This document shows positions 49,290 through 59,502 of a stretch of DNA of 64,000 bases, in pieces. Made by a program: the position numbers and the translations under genes. Under the pieces are notes generated by a model that worked only from the letters and a program-made list of their open reading frames with translations, was not told the DNA's origin and made no database searches. Source of the DNA: an uncultured bacterium (GTDB lineage: Bacteria; Babelota; Babeliae; Babelales; Babelaceae); NCBI GenBank assembly GCA_963848965.1, contig CAWKFG010000001.1:320001-384000 (forward strand), given 5' to 3'. The first letter of the stretch is position 1; every line of letters begins with the position of its first letter.

Positions 49290-51011
49290 ATGCATCACTT
49301 AAAAACTTCATTTCTTATTGTTGGATGTCTTGTTATGGTGTTTTCTGCGAGTATCATGTACAGACTCTATGGTGTAACTAAGCAGCCAATTGACGTTACT
49401 AAGCAGTTAACAGTAGATCAGCCGGTTACATCGGAAAGTCCGGTTTTGATTGAAGAGCCTAAAGTAAGTAGGCATCAGCTTTGGAGTTCAATGCAGCGCA
49501 AGTTTAAAGATACTGTAGCACAGGTATTTACACAGAGTCTTAAATTTAACTGGGTTGAACCTTATAAGTCACCTAATCAACAGGAATCAACTGGAAGTGC
49601 TTTCTTTATTAACGATGATGGTGAACTTATTACTAATGCCCATGTTGTTGATCAAGCATTGGTGGTTTATATACAAATACCGTCACTTGGTAAGCGCCGC
49701 TTTGAAGTAACAATACTTGGTGTCTGTCCAGATCGCGATTTAGCACTTTTAAAATTAAAGCCAGAAGCACTTGTATCTTTAAAGAGGGAGCTTGGAAGAG
49801 ACAAGTTGCCGTATTTGACGTTTGGAGATTCTGATTTAGTGCAACGTGCTGCAAAAATTATGACATTGGGATATCCTCTTGGACAACAGGGCCTTAAAAG
49901 TACTACAGGTATTGTAAGTGGTCGAGAGCATGTAGGAGGCCATTATTTTATTCAAATAGACGCAGCAATAAATCCAGGAAACTCTGGTGGGCCATCGCTT
50001 GGTAATAAGGGTGAAGTAATTGGTGTCAACTCTGCAGGTATTTCGATTATGAATAATGGAGATCAATTGGTAGCTGCTCAAAATGTAGGCTATATTATTC
50101 CTATTAACGAAGTAAAATTGTTCTTAGAGCAGTTACGTAGTATGCCTGCTATAAACGGGACAAAATTATTGCGTAAACCTTTTTTAGGTGTACTTTTTAA
50201 TAATGCAAATGATGATCTCACTGCTTATTTGGGTAATCCAGCGCCAGGAGGCTTATTTATTGTTGATATCTATAAAGGAAGCCCACTACATAAAGCAGGG
50301 ATTCAAGCAGGAGATATGGTATACAAAATAAATGGTTATTCTGTTGACGTGTATGGAGAAATGAATGTATCTTGGAGCACAGAGGACAAGGTATCGATTA
50401 TTGATTTTGTTTCACGTTTAAAGATTGGAGAGGAGCTGCATATTCAGTACTATCGAAAAGGAGTGCGTAAAGAAGCGAGATTTAAGTTTACGCAAGCAGA
50501 GTTACCTCCTGTGCGTCGCATGTTCCCGGGTTACGAAAAAATAGATTACGAAATGCTTGGAGGCTTAATAGTCATGCAACTTTCGCTTAACCATGTGGTA
50601 CTCCTTGCACAGTATGCTCCTGAACTTGTACAATATGCAGATATTAAAAAGCATATGGATCCGATATTACTTATAACTCATGTGCTCTTAAATTCTCCTG
50701 CTTCTCGAGCGCGGTGTATAGGAGCTGGAGCTCTTATCTCTCAGGTAAATGATAAACCTGTAAAAACGTTAGAAGAGTTTAGAAAAGCTGTACTTGAAGA
50801 TTCTAAGCGAAACTTTTTAACTATACGAACAACAGAGAACGTGTTTGTAGCATTACCACTTGATGCTATTGTTGAAAGTGAACCTAGTTTAGCAGCTACG
50901 TATTTTTATCAACCTACTCAGTTGTATGAGCAGCTTTCCAAAAAATTAGGAAAAGAGACTCAGTTAGGAAGCAAAGGGCTTTCTCGATCGTTGTCCTTGC
51001 CAATTGGATAA
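49290..51011 (+). CDS. HtrA/DegP-family serine protease with PDZ (paralog 1)
   Basis: TNAHVV, DLALLK, AINPGNSGGP. Confidence 0.9.
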   Translation: MHHLKTSFLIVGCLVMVFSASIMYRLYGVTKQPIDVTKQLTVDQPVTSESPVLIEEPKVSRHQLWSSMQRKFKDTVAQVFTQSLKFNWVEPYKSPNQQESTGSAFFINDDGELITNAHVVDQALVVYIQIPSLGKRRFEVTILGVCPDRDLALLKLKPEALVSLKRELGRDKLPYLTFGDSDLVQRAAKIMTLGYPLGQQGLKSTTGIVSGREHVGGHYFIQIDAAINPGNSGGPSLGNKGEVIGVNSAGISIMNNGDQLVAAQNVGYIIPINEVKLFLEQLRSMPAINGTKLLRKPFLGVLFNNANDDLTAYLGNPAPGGLFIVDIYKGSPLHKAGIQAGDMVYKINGYSVDVYGEMNVSWSTEDKVSIIDFVSRLKIGEELHIQYYRKGVRKEARFKFTQAELPPVRRMFPGYEKIDYEMLGGLIVMQLSLNHVVLLAQYAPELVQYADIKKHMDPILLITHVLLNSPASRARCIGAGALISQVNDKPVKTLEEFRKAVLEDSKRNFLTIRTTENVFVALPLDAIVESEPSLAATYFYQPTQLYEQLSKKLGKETQLGSKGLSRSLSLPIG

Positions 51012-51073
51012 AACGGTGCCGGAAGGTCCGGCACCATAGCATTTTAACTTTTTACTAAAAGAGGAGAGGGAGT

Positions 51074-52642
51074 ATGATTCGAGGAATGAAGCATAATCGG
51101 TATTTATATATAGCTGTTTGCTTATTACTAACAGTAAGTAGAGCAGATGGTGCAATTGAAACGCCAAAAGGCAATTGGCAAGATGTAGAGGAAAAAGCTC
51201 AAAATACTGTTGTACAGATATTTGTACAGAAAGCTGAGTTTAATTGGCTTGATCCTTATAAGAGCCCTGAGCAAAAACAGACGTCAGGAAGCGGGTTCTT
51301 TATTAGTGATCAAGGACACATTCTTACCAATTATCATGTTGTAAGTAATGCTACATCGCTTCAAGTTACTGTGCAATGTTTAGGAAGAAAGCCTCTTGAG
51401 GTTGCTATTGTAGGAGTATGTCCTGATTTAGATGTAGCATTACTCAAGCTTACTGATGAGAGTCTCAATCTATTACGCTCACAATTAAAGCGTGTGCCTT
51501 GTTTAGAGCTTGGCAGTTCTGATGAATTATATCCTACTCAAGAGGTACTTGCTCTTGGATTTCCTTTAGGATTTAGGTACTTAAAGAGCACAGTAGGAGT
51601 TATAGCAGGGCGTGAATTTCTAGATGGTATGTGCTATATGCATATTACTGCTCCTATTAATCCCGGCAATTCAGGAGGCCCTCTTTTAAATGGTCAGGGA
51701 AAAGTAGTAGGAATTAATACAGCAGGTATTACGCTTATTCCTAATGGTAATCAACTGATTGCTGCTCAAAATGTAGGATATATTGTTCCTATTAATGATA
51801 TTAAGACGGTGCTGAAAAATATGCATACTCAGGTGCTTGTGCGTAGACCAGAGCTTGGTATTATCTGTAATCATGCAACAGATGAGCATAGTAAGTATTT
51901 AGGTAATCCAGTACCAGGCGGCATTTACGTAAATCGAGTTATCAAGAACTCGTTAGCTCATAAAGTTGGTATTTGTGAAGGAGATATGATCTATGAGCTT
52001 GAATGTGGTAAGACAAAGTACACTATTGATGAATATGGTGACGTAATTGTTGCATGGCGCGGAAGTTCAAAAATATCTCTTGCAGAACTGTTAATTCGCT
52101 GTTCAATTGGTGAGCCTCTTAAAGTAGTGCTCTATCGTAATGGTAAGCATATGGAATTGCAAGGTAATTTTGAAGTGTTGCCACCTGCGCCTATTCGTGA
52201 GATATATCCTGAATATGAAAGAGATGAGATTGACTATGAGATGATTGGCGGTGCTGTTATTATGCAGCTACGAGAAAACCATTTCCATCTTTTACACTCT
52301 ACTTCTTTGTTAAAACAGTACATGACTTTAGAAAATCGTAATGAGCATGTACTTGTTATTACTCGTATTTTACCAGGGTCACAAATGGATAGAGTTGAAT
52401 GCTTTTACCCCGGAGCGTTACTAGATAAAGTAAATGGACAAAAAGTAAGCACCTTAAAAGAGCTTCGTGATGCACTTATGAAGAGTGTTCAAATAGATAC
52501 TATTGCACTTTCTATTAAGGGTAACCAGTCGAGTGTACTCTCGCTCACTAAAGTATTACAAGATGAATTCCGTCTTGCGTATGCGTATAGGTATCCACTT
52601 ACAGAGTTTGTGCAGCAGCTTGCAAAAGCGGTAAAGAAATAG
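51074..52642 (+). CDS. HtrA/DegP-family serine protease with PDZ (paralog 2)
   Basis: TNYHVV, DVALLK, PINPGNSGGP. Confidence 0.9.
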   Translation: MIRGMKHNRYLYIAVCLLLTVSRADGAIETPKGNWQDVEEKAQNTVVQIFVQKAEFNWLDPYKSPEQKQTSGSGFFISDQGHILTNYHVVSNATSLQVTVQCLGRKPLEVAIVGVCPDLDVALLKLTDESLNLLRSQLKRVPCLELGSSDELYPTQEVLALGFPLGFRYLKSTVGVIAGREFLDGMCYMHITAPINPGNSGGPLLNGQGKVVGINTAGITLIPNGNQLIAAQNVGYIVPINDIKTVLKNMHTQVLVRRPELGIICNHATDEHSKYLGNPVPGGIYVNRVIKNSLAHKVGICEGDMIYELECGKTKYTIDEYGDVIVAWRGSSKISLAELLIRCSIGEPLKVVLYRNGKHMELQGNFEVLPPAPIREIYPEYERDEIDYEMIGGAVIMQLRENHFHLLHSTSLLKQYMTLENRNEHVLVITRILPGSQMDRVECFYPGALLDKVNGQKVSTLKELRDALMKSVQIDTIALSIKGNQSSVLSLTKVLQDEFRLAYAYRYPLTEFVQQLAKAVKK

Positions 52643-52685
52643 CATAGAGAGGGGAGTCGACAAGACTCCCCTTTATAGTAAAAGA

Positions 52686-53336
52686 CTACTTTTCTCGTAC
52701 GAAAAAAATATTAATTTTATCATGTTTTGGAATATCTTCTTGTACAGCTTTAAAGCCGTGCTGTTCAACCCATGATCGTACATCATCATAGAGGGGGTTT
52801 TTCTTAAACCGTTCGGTAAGACTTACTTCAATAAGAAGGGCTTTCACTGTAGAAAATATCTTTGGTGAAGCTTTAAGCACAGTAAGTTCATGTCCTTGCA
52901 TATCAAGCCACATAAAATCAATATGATTAATACCTTGTTCTTGTGCCCATATATCTAGTGTTGTAGTAGGTACTTTGAAGGGCGTGAACTGCACCTCCGG
53001 TCTTTTTACTTTATACTGGTAGGGCTCTAAAAGTGAGCTTGCTGCAGTAGAAGCGCCAGAGCTTACATGTAATGTTGCTTCTCCTACTTTGTCACTTAAG
53101 GCAATAGGAAAGCTGTGAATATTGTTATATCCTTTAGTATTTTCTATAAGCTGTTTAAAAAGCTCAGGGACAGGCTCAAAGGCATAGATAGTACCTTGAG
53201 GCCACAATCTGCTCATTTTAACAGTGTCGCGTCCAATATGCGCTCCTGCTTCTAGAATGCTAGGATTCTTTGGTAAGAATTGAGCAATAAAGAGTTTTGT
53301 AATAGGTGTTTGCACAATAGGAGGTATGGTGTTCAT
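52686..53336 (-). CDS. FkbM family methyltransferase
   Basis: EAGAHIG, AFEP, LDMQGHE. Confidence 0.85.
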   Translation of the reverse strand: MNTIPPIVQTPITKLFIAQFLPKNPSILEAGAHIGRDTVKMSRLWPQGTIYAFEPVPELFKQLIENTKGYNNIHSFPIALSDKVGEATLHVSSGASTAASSLLEPYQYKVKRPEVQFTPFKVPTTTLDIWAQEQGINHIDFMWLDMQGHELTVLKASPKIFSTVKALLIEVSLTERFKKNPLYDDVRSWVEQHGFKAVQEDIPKHDKINIFFVREK

Positions 53337-53608
53337 TGTAAAATTCCATGTGTTACTAGCTAAAGAAGAATTGCCATGACTTATGAGTCTTATACTACCA
53401 TAATTGTAGATTGCTACAAAATGAGCTTCTTCTTTGAGTCTAGACAGACAGGTGACAGTTTTGTTACCCTATGCTAAAGTTTATGTAAGAGCCATTTTTA
53501 TAAACACTCAATTGTTCACACGAGTAGTGGTATAACCCAGCTTACAGAGGAGAAAAAAATAAAGTCGTTACAAGATGGAATACCTTAAAAACGAGAGAAG
53601 GAGTAATC

Positions 53609-54169
53609 ATGAATAAAGTTTATAGCGTTTTTCTACCCATTATCTTACTTGTAAGCACATATACATGGACTTGTGACTTTGAGAAACTTAAAACAGCTGT
53701 TGAGCACAGTGATATCGTAGAAGTTGCTTATCAATTAGCAAGTGGTACAGGTGTGACACTAGAGCAAAAACAAATTCTTTTGGATATAGCCGATAAGAAA
53801 TTGCTAGAAAAAAAAGAAAAGTTTGAAGCTGGTGCTTCTATTTTTAATAAAGATACAGTTATAGGTGCCGGTTTGTTTGCACTTGCAACGACGTTATTGT
53901 TCAAAGGAGCATTGTGGTTCACTCGTTTTACAACTGCAGTAGAGAAAGATAGTCCAAATGAATACCTTCTTACAGGTATAGCAGATAATCAAAAAGCAAC
54001 AATCTATGAGCATGCACGCAAAATTGAGAGAAATGGTGTGTTTGCGCAAATTCCACTTGCAATAGTTGGTCTTTGTAAGCTCTATAAGGGTCTTACTAAA
54101 AAAGAACCTCGTAAGCACTATAGTGATGCTTTTGGAGTAAAAGTTTTACTTGAAAAGCATGTATCATAA
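53609..54169 (+). CDS. Hypothetical exported/membrane protein
   Basis: AAGGAG RBS, signal peptide, two hydrophobic segments. Confidence 0.6.
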   Translation: MNKVYSVFLPIILLVSTYTWTCDFEKLKTAVEHSDIVEVAYQLASGTGVTLEQKQILLDIADKKLLEKKEKFEAGASIFNKDTVIGAGLFALATTLLFKGALWFTRFTTAVEKDSPNEYLLTGIADNQKATIYEHARKIERNGVFAQIPLAIVGLCKLYKGLTKKEPRKHYSDAFGVKVLLEKHVS

Positions 54170-54193
54170 CCTATAGTTAAATAATAATAGACA

Positions 54194-54311
54194 AAAAATA
54201 CCTGCTTTTATCTTTGAATAGCAATCGTAGAGCTTGTAAGTTGCTACTACTGCATACTGGAAATATGAGCTTTATTTATAACATTGCTATGCAAGGATAG
54301 CAGGTATTTTT
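54194..54311. repeat. Long imperfect inverted repeat (~30-bp arms)
   Basis: AAAAATACCTGCT..ATCTTTGAATAGCAAT versus ATTGCTATGCAAGGAT-AGCAGGTATTTTT. Confidence 0.5.
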
Positions 54312-54487
54312 ATTATTTATGGCGTAACTTTTCTTTTTTGCACTGTGATGGCCGATTGGCTGACTAGATTCTTCCCTAAAGTTTATAAGCTATAAGAAGG
54401 AGCTTACGAGATTTTTAGGAAGCATAGTATTATAACTGTGCAAATTGATGTATAATTACAAAAATACTTTAGCTTAGACAACTATTT

Positions 54488-55225
54488 ATGAAAATAAAGA
54501 AGCGGTTAGATCAAAGAGTACAGGAGCTTTATCCACAGTACAGTCGTAATCAAATTCAAAGCTTTATTATGCAAAATAAAGTATTTGTGAATGGTACTGT
54601 TATTTCAAAACCAGGGATTCCTGTCAAAGATGAAGATAATGTTACTGTGCTCGCAGAAGAGCCAAAATATGTGTGCAGGGCAGGGTGGAAACTTGAGAAA
54701 GCCTTAGATATATTTGGCATTGATCCTACAGGCCTTGTTATACTTGACGCAGGGCTTTCTACAGGAGGATTTACTGATTGTTTGCTGCAGCGCGGAGCAG
54801 CACGTGTTTATGGGGTAGATGTAGGGTATGGGCAAGTACATGAAAAGATTCGTCAAGATCCTCGTGTAAGAGTATATGAGCGTACTAATTTACGCTATCT
54901 TAAAAGTCTTCCTGAAAAAGTTGATTTAGTAACGCTTGATCTTTCTTTTATCTCATTACTCAAAGTTATGGATGCTGTCCTAGGTTTAATGAAGGACAAG
55001 GGACAGCTTATAACACTTATTAAACCACAATTTGAGGCTGAGCGACATGAAGTAGGCAAAGGTGGCATTATTAAAGATCCAGAAGTTCATAAGCGAGTAG
55101 TAGAAAAAGTAATAAAAGCAATTGAAGACTATGGCCTTTCCTATCTGGGTAGTATAGAGTCCCCTATTCTAGGTTCTTCTGGTAATAAAGAATTTCTTGC
55201 TTACTTTAAGCGTAGTTCTGCATAA
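54488..55225 (+). CDS. tlyA: TlyA family rRNA 2'-O-methyltransferase/hemolysin
   Basis: S4 domain, YVCRAG.KL, STGGFTDCLLQ, DVGYGQ, LIKPQFE, GNKEFL. Confidence 0.95.
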   Translation: MKIKKRLDQRVQELYPQYSRNQIQSFIMQNKVFVNGTVISKPGIPVKDEDNVTVLAEEPKYVCRAGWKLEKALDIFGIDPTGLVILDAGLSTGGFTDCLLQRGAARVYGVDVGYGQVHEKIRQDPRVRVYERTNLRYLKSLPEKVDLVTLDLSFISLLKVMDAVLGLMKDKGQLITLIKPQFEAERHEVGKGGIIKDPEVHKRVVEKVIKAIEDYGLSYLGSIESPILGSSGNKEFLAYFKRSSA

Positions 55226-55368
55226 AAAACTTCTAGAGACTAACTATAAGAGCCTTTTAGGAAAAAAATGATTGTCTTAATCTGAGCAAATGGTACAATA
55301 GAAAATATAGAGGGGGGTTGTGCATACACAGTACATAGTTTTATAAGCGGATATGCTAAGGGAGATTT

Positions 55369-56952
55369 ATGTTTGGAAAATACACACATTATATTGCTGC
55401 AGGTGTCTTAGTAGTTGCAAGTATAGGAGGTATATCCGTTTATACTGCCATTCAGCATCCTCGTGATTGGCAATATGCTGAAGAAAAAGCGAAGAATACT
55501 GTTGTTCAAGTATTTGCTCAACATATATCCTTTAATTGGCTTGAACCCTATAAAACACCACAGCAGTCTCAAGGAATGGGAACTGCCTTTTTTATTGATA
55601 AAGAAGGACATTTACTCACTAATTTCCATGTAGTTAATCAAGCAAAATCGTTACAAATTAGTATTCCCGCGTTAGGGAAAAAACTTGTTGATGCTACCAT
55701 TATAGGAACTTGTCCAGAGTCTGATGTAGCTTTACTCAAGCTTACTGATGAAGGCCTTGCAGAAGTGCACAAAGTTCTTAAAAAGGTTCCTTATTTGAAA
55801 TTTGGGGATTCAGATGCTCTCTATCGTACACAAGAAGTACTAGCTCTTGGATTTCCTTTAGGATTTAGGTACCTAAAAGGTACAGTAGGAGTAGTTGCAG
55901 GGCGTGAATTTTTAGATGGGATGTGCTATATGCATATTACTGCTCCCATTAACCAGGGTAATTCTGGAGGACCATTATTAAATCGTTTAGGTGAAGTAGT
56001 GGGAATTAATACAGCAGGTATTACTATTTATAATGATGGGCAGAATACAGTAGCAGCTCAGAACGTAGGGTATATTGTTCCTATTAACGATATTAAAACT
56101 TATTTAAAAGCTATGCATACACAGCAGCTTGTACGTAAACCCGTGTTTGGTATCTCGCATAATAATAGTACACTTGAACTTACTCGTTCATTAAATAATC
56201 CGCTACCTGGTGGACTCTATATCAATGATGTAATAAAGGATTCAGTAGCTGATAAGATGGATGTAAAAGTTGGTGATATGCTCTATGAAATAAATGGATT
56301 TACCGTTGATCAGTTTGGTGACGTGAGCGTAGAGTGGCGCAGTTCAGAACAGGTATCACTTGAAGAGTTTTTTGTTCGTTTGCCTATTGGAGCACCTTTA
56401 AGCTTAGTAATGTATAGAAAAGGCAAAAAAATAGTACTTAAAGGCACTTACCAGGAAGTAGTACCGTTGCCTATTCGTTTTATTTATCCAGATTTTGAAT
56501 ATGAAGCTATTGACTATGAGATGTTTGGTGGTCTTTGTATTCAGCAGCTGCGTGTTAACCACTTTAAGTACCTTCCACAAACACCTTTGTTACAGGAGTA
56601 TATGCGTCCAGACAAGCAGAATGAAGAAATACTTGTAGTAACTCGCATTCTCCCAGGCTCCTATATGGATAAGATTCGTTGCTTCTATGATGGAGTTTTA
56701 CTTGAAGAAGTAAATGAAACACCAGTAAAAAATCTTAAAGAGCTCAGAAAAGCTCTTGAAAGCGGTATAAAAAAGGGTGAAGTTGCCCTAAAAACAAAAG
56801 ATAAGATTTACACAGTAGTATCTTTAGATGCAGTTATACAAGATGAAGAACGTATAGCTCGTGATTTTGTCTTTACTCTTACTAAAACTATGCAAGCGTT
56901 GAAAGAGGGTCGTAAAGCTTTAAACGCTTCTGCTAAAAAAGATAAACAATAG
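55369..56952 (+). CDS. HtrA/DegP-family serine protease with PDZ (paralog 3)
   Basis: TNFHVV, DVALLK, INQGNSGGP. Confidence 0.9.
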   Translation: MFGKYTHYIAAGVLVVASIGGISVYTAIQHPRDWQYAEEKAKNTVVQVFAQHISFNWLEPYKTPQQSQGMGTAFFIDKEGHLLTNFHVVNQAKSLQISIPALGKKLVDATIIGTCPESDVALLKLTDEGLAEVHKVLKKVPYLKFGDSDALYRTQEVLALGFPLGFRYLKGTVGVVAGREFLDGMCYMHITAPINQGNSGGPLLNRLGEVVGINTAGITIYNDGQNTVAAQNVGYIVPINDIKTYLKAMHTQQLVRKPVFGISHNNSTLELTRSLNNPLPGGLYINDVIKDSVADKMDVKVGDMLYEINGFTVDQFGDVSVEWRSSEQVSLEEFFVRLPIGAPLSLVMYRKGKKIVLKGTYQEVVPLPIRFIYPDFEYEAIDYEMFGGLCIQQLRVNHFKYLPQTPLLQEYMRPDKQNEEILVVTRILPGSYMDKIRCFYDGVLLEEVNETPVKNLKELRKALESGIKKGEVALKTKDKIYTVVSLDAVIQDEERIARDFVFTLTKTMQALKEGRKALNASAKKDKQ

Positions 56953-57047
56953 TACTTTCAGGGGCAGATTTACTGCCCCTTATTTTATCGCTTAAGCCCC
57001 TTAAAACTGGCTTTTTTTGGTAGGTATGATACTATTAGAGTAGAAGT

Positions 57048-57123
57048 GCGCCCGTAGCTCAAAGGATAGAGCGCCAGACTTCGAATCTGTAGGCTGTAGG
57101 TTCGAGTCCTACCGGGCGCGCCA
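57048..57123 (+). tRNA. tRNA-Arg(TCG)
   Basis: GCGCCCG/CGGGCGC acceptor, CAGA-CTTCGAA-TCTG arm, GGTTCGAGTCC, CCA. Confidence 0.95.
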
Positions 57124-58569
57124 TGCTTGACGATCGTTACAATTTATGATTGCATCAAAGGGTTTTCTCACGTCGTAGAGCACTTTTTCATCACTTACCC
57201 GTAAGTTCAGAAGTACGAGAGTGATTAAGAGTCTCCTTTCTTCAACTTCAGAACTCATAAATAAGTCGTATGCTCGATTTGCTAGATCTAGTATATATTT
57301 TGCTGTTATAAAGTAGTTGTCTTGAGCTTCTTGAAATTGCTCAAGTCGGATACTAACATCGATGCTCTCATCCTTAATCATTTGGTAAAATCTGTCATAC
57401 TCGCTATCAGTAATTCTCCCTTTAAGTCTATCAAGGTAAAGATTATCCATCATAGTAGTAAGAGTTTTTTGTCTTTCGTTAAGTTTCTCGACCTCTTTAT
57501 TATGGAAATCCATCTTTTCTTGCTGAACAGCATTCAACGTATCGACAATAGTGGTTAAAATATCTTTAGGTACATGTAAATTTTTAAAAACGGTTGCAAC
57601 TTGCTCAGTAATTGCCTCTTCTCGGAGCCATTTAGCGCCATGTTTGCCCTTAGATTGTGTGCAATGGTAATAGATATAGCCTTTATGTTTTTCAGGAGTT
57701 ATTGCTAGTCCACAGTCTGCGCAGCGTAAAAGACCTCTATAGATATAAGGTAAGCCCGCAAACTTAAATGGTTTTTTATTAAAGCCTTCTTTAACTTGTT
57801 GTACTTGTTCAAAAAGGGAGGGGCTGATAATTATGGGATAACGATGAGGATATTCCTTATTATTCCATTTCATAACGCCACAATAGAAAGTATTTTTAAG
57901 AATGTGATCAAGAAAGCCTTTAGACCAATTAAGGCCATAGGTGTCTTTTATTTTCTGGCATAATAATTGCATAGAGTAAGCACGAGATGCATAAAGCTCA
58001 AAGATCTTTTGGACTATGCCAGCTTCATAATCATCTACAATTATGTCAGTCTTTTCATCATCTTTAGTAATGTTTTTGTAACCGTAGGGCGCCTTTGATG
58101 GCCATTCTCCTTTACGTAGCTTTTGTTCAATAGCTCTTTTAACGTTGTCGCTTATAGCATCTGAATAATACTTTGCTAACCCAAGACTGATACTAAATTG
58201 AAACTTTTCTACAGCAGAAATGCGGCTATTAATTACCTGCCCATCAGAGGCAAAGTGCAGTTCTATCTCATCACGTAGGGCTTTTTCATAAAGGATGGAG
58301 ATACGTTTATCAAAGACATTGCGAGAAAGTCGGTCAACTTTATCGCAGCAGATGGCAACTTTTTCTTGTTGGTTTAAGATAAAGTCGATAATGCGATCAA
58401 AATCGGATCTATCGTTAGAATAGGCGCTTTCATCAAAACTACAAACTTTTATAACTTGAAAGCCTTTGCTTTGGCAGTATCTTTCAAGGCGGGCAATTTG
58501 AGCAGGCAAAGAGTTACCAGCTTCCTTTTGTTCTTCAGTACTTACTCGAGCGATAAGAATAGCCTTCAT
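57109..58569 (-). CDS. Large serine recombinase (integrase)
   Basis: ARVSTEEQ, DRLSRN, PYGY, zinc ribbon CADCG...YYHC, coiled coil. Confidence 0.93.
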   Translation of the reverse strand: MKAILIARVSTEEQKEAGNSLPAQIARLERYCQSKGFQVIKVCSFDESAYSNDRSDFDRIIDFILNQQEKVAICCDKVDRLSRNVFDKRISILYEKALRDEIELHFASDGQVINSRISAVEKFQFSISLGLAKYYSDAISDNVKRAIEQKLRKGEWPSKAPYGYKNITKDDEKTDIIVDDYEAGIVQKIFELYASRAYSMQLLCQKIKDTYGLNWSKGFLDHILKNTFYCGVMKWNNKEYPHRYPIIISPSLFEQVQQVKEGFNKKPFKFAGLPYIYRGLLRCADCGLAITPEKHKGYIYYHCTQSKGKHGAKWLREEAITEQVATVFKNLHVPKDILTTIVDTLNAVQQEKMDFHNKEVEKLNERQKTLTTMMDNLYLDRLKGRITDSEYDRFYQMIKDESIDVSIRLEQFQEAQDNYFITAKYILDLANRAYDLFMSSEVEERRLLITLVLLNLRVSDEKVLYDVRKPFDAIINCNDRQAWRAR

Positions 58570-58732
58570 ATTTGACTCACGTTATGAAACTAAATTTATT
58601 ATTCTCTACTTATTTTATCATAATGTGAACTGTTTCTATAGGCTTAAATATAAGTGATTGGTTGGGCTTTTGCCATAATCAATCAAGTATCATCTCTTGA
58701 CTTTGTGTCGCTTATATAAGACAATATATAGT

Positions 58733-59071
58733 ATGAGCAGTATGATACAAATTATTTTTTACACTACATCTACGGGAAAGAAGCCTTTTATTGAGTGGCA
58801 AGATGAGCTTGATGTAAAAGCTAAATCAGTTGTCATTACAAGACTTGCTAGAGTAAGATTAGGCAACTTTGGTGACTGTAAACAAATTAAAGAAGGAAAT
58901 GGCATTTGGGAGCTTCGTATTGATTACGGTCCAGGGTATAGAATTTACTTTGGTAAAAGAGGGACAACCGTTGTCGTCTTATTAATAGGTGGGGATAAAG
59001 GAAGCCAAAGTCGTGATATTGCAAAAGCAAAAAGGTATTGGCTCGAATATAAGGGATCCGAATATGAATAA
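58733..59071 (+). CDS. RelE/HigB-like addiction module toxin
   Basis: RLGNFGDCK...IWELRIDYGPGYRIYF...GGDKGSQ.RDI. Confidence 0.9.
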   Translation: MSSMIQIIFYTTSTGKKPFIEWQDELDVKAKSVVITRLARVRLGNFGDCKQIKEGNGIWELRIDYGPGYRIYFGKRGTTVVVLLIGGDKGSQSRDIAKAKRYWLEYKGSEYE

Positions 59072-59369
59072 AAAAAGAGAACATATACATTATCAAGAAT
59101 GGTTATCGGAAGAGCTTAAAGATCCAAAATTGGCGCTTGCCTACCTTAATGAGGCGCTTAAAGATGAGGATCAAAGAGTATTATTATTAGCTTTAAAAGA
59201 TGTCCTTGAAGCACAAGGAAGTAGTATGACTGCACTTGCTGAGGAAGCAAACTTAAATCGTCAGAACCTCTATCGTATGCTTTCCAGGAAAGGAAATCCT
59301 CGCTGGGATAATTTATCTTCTTTGTTTAACGCTCTTGGCTATCAAGTACAACTTTCATTAAAAAAATAA
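59064..59369 (+). CDS. Addiction module antitoxin with C-terminal HTH
   Basis: AYLNEAL...LLLALKDV...LNRQNLYRMLS.KGNP; start overlaps end of toxin gene. Confidence 0.9.
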   Translation: MNKKREHIHYQEWLSEELKDPKLALAYLNEALKDEDQRVLLLALKDVLEAQGSSMTALAEEANLNRQNLYRMLSRKGNPRWDNLSSLFNALGYQVQLSLKK

Positions 59370-59502
59370 AAGTATTTAAGTCTTATAAGTTTACGATTCT
59401 TAGTGCGAGAAGCTAATAGCGTTAGAATTAAGCTACTGAGTCAAAAATTTCAGAGTATAGCTTAGTTTATTTAAGTACTGCTTTAATGGATGGAGGCCAG
59501 TC

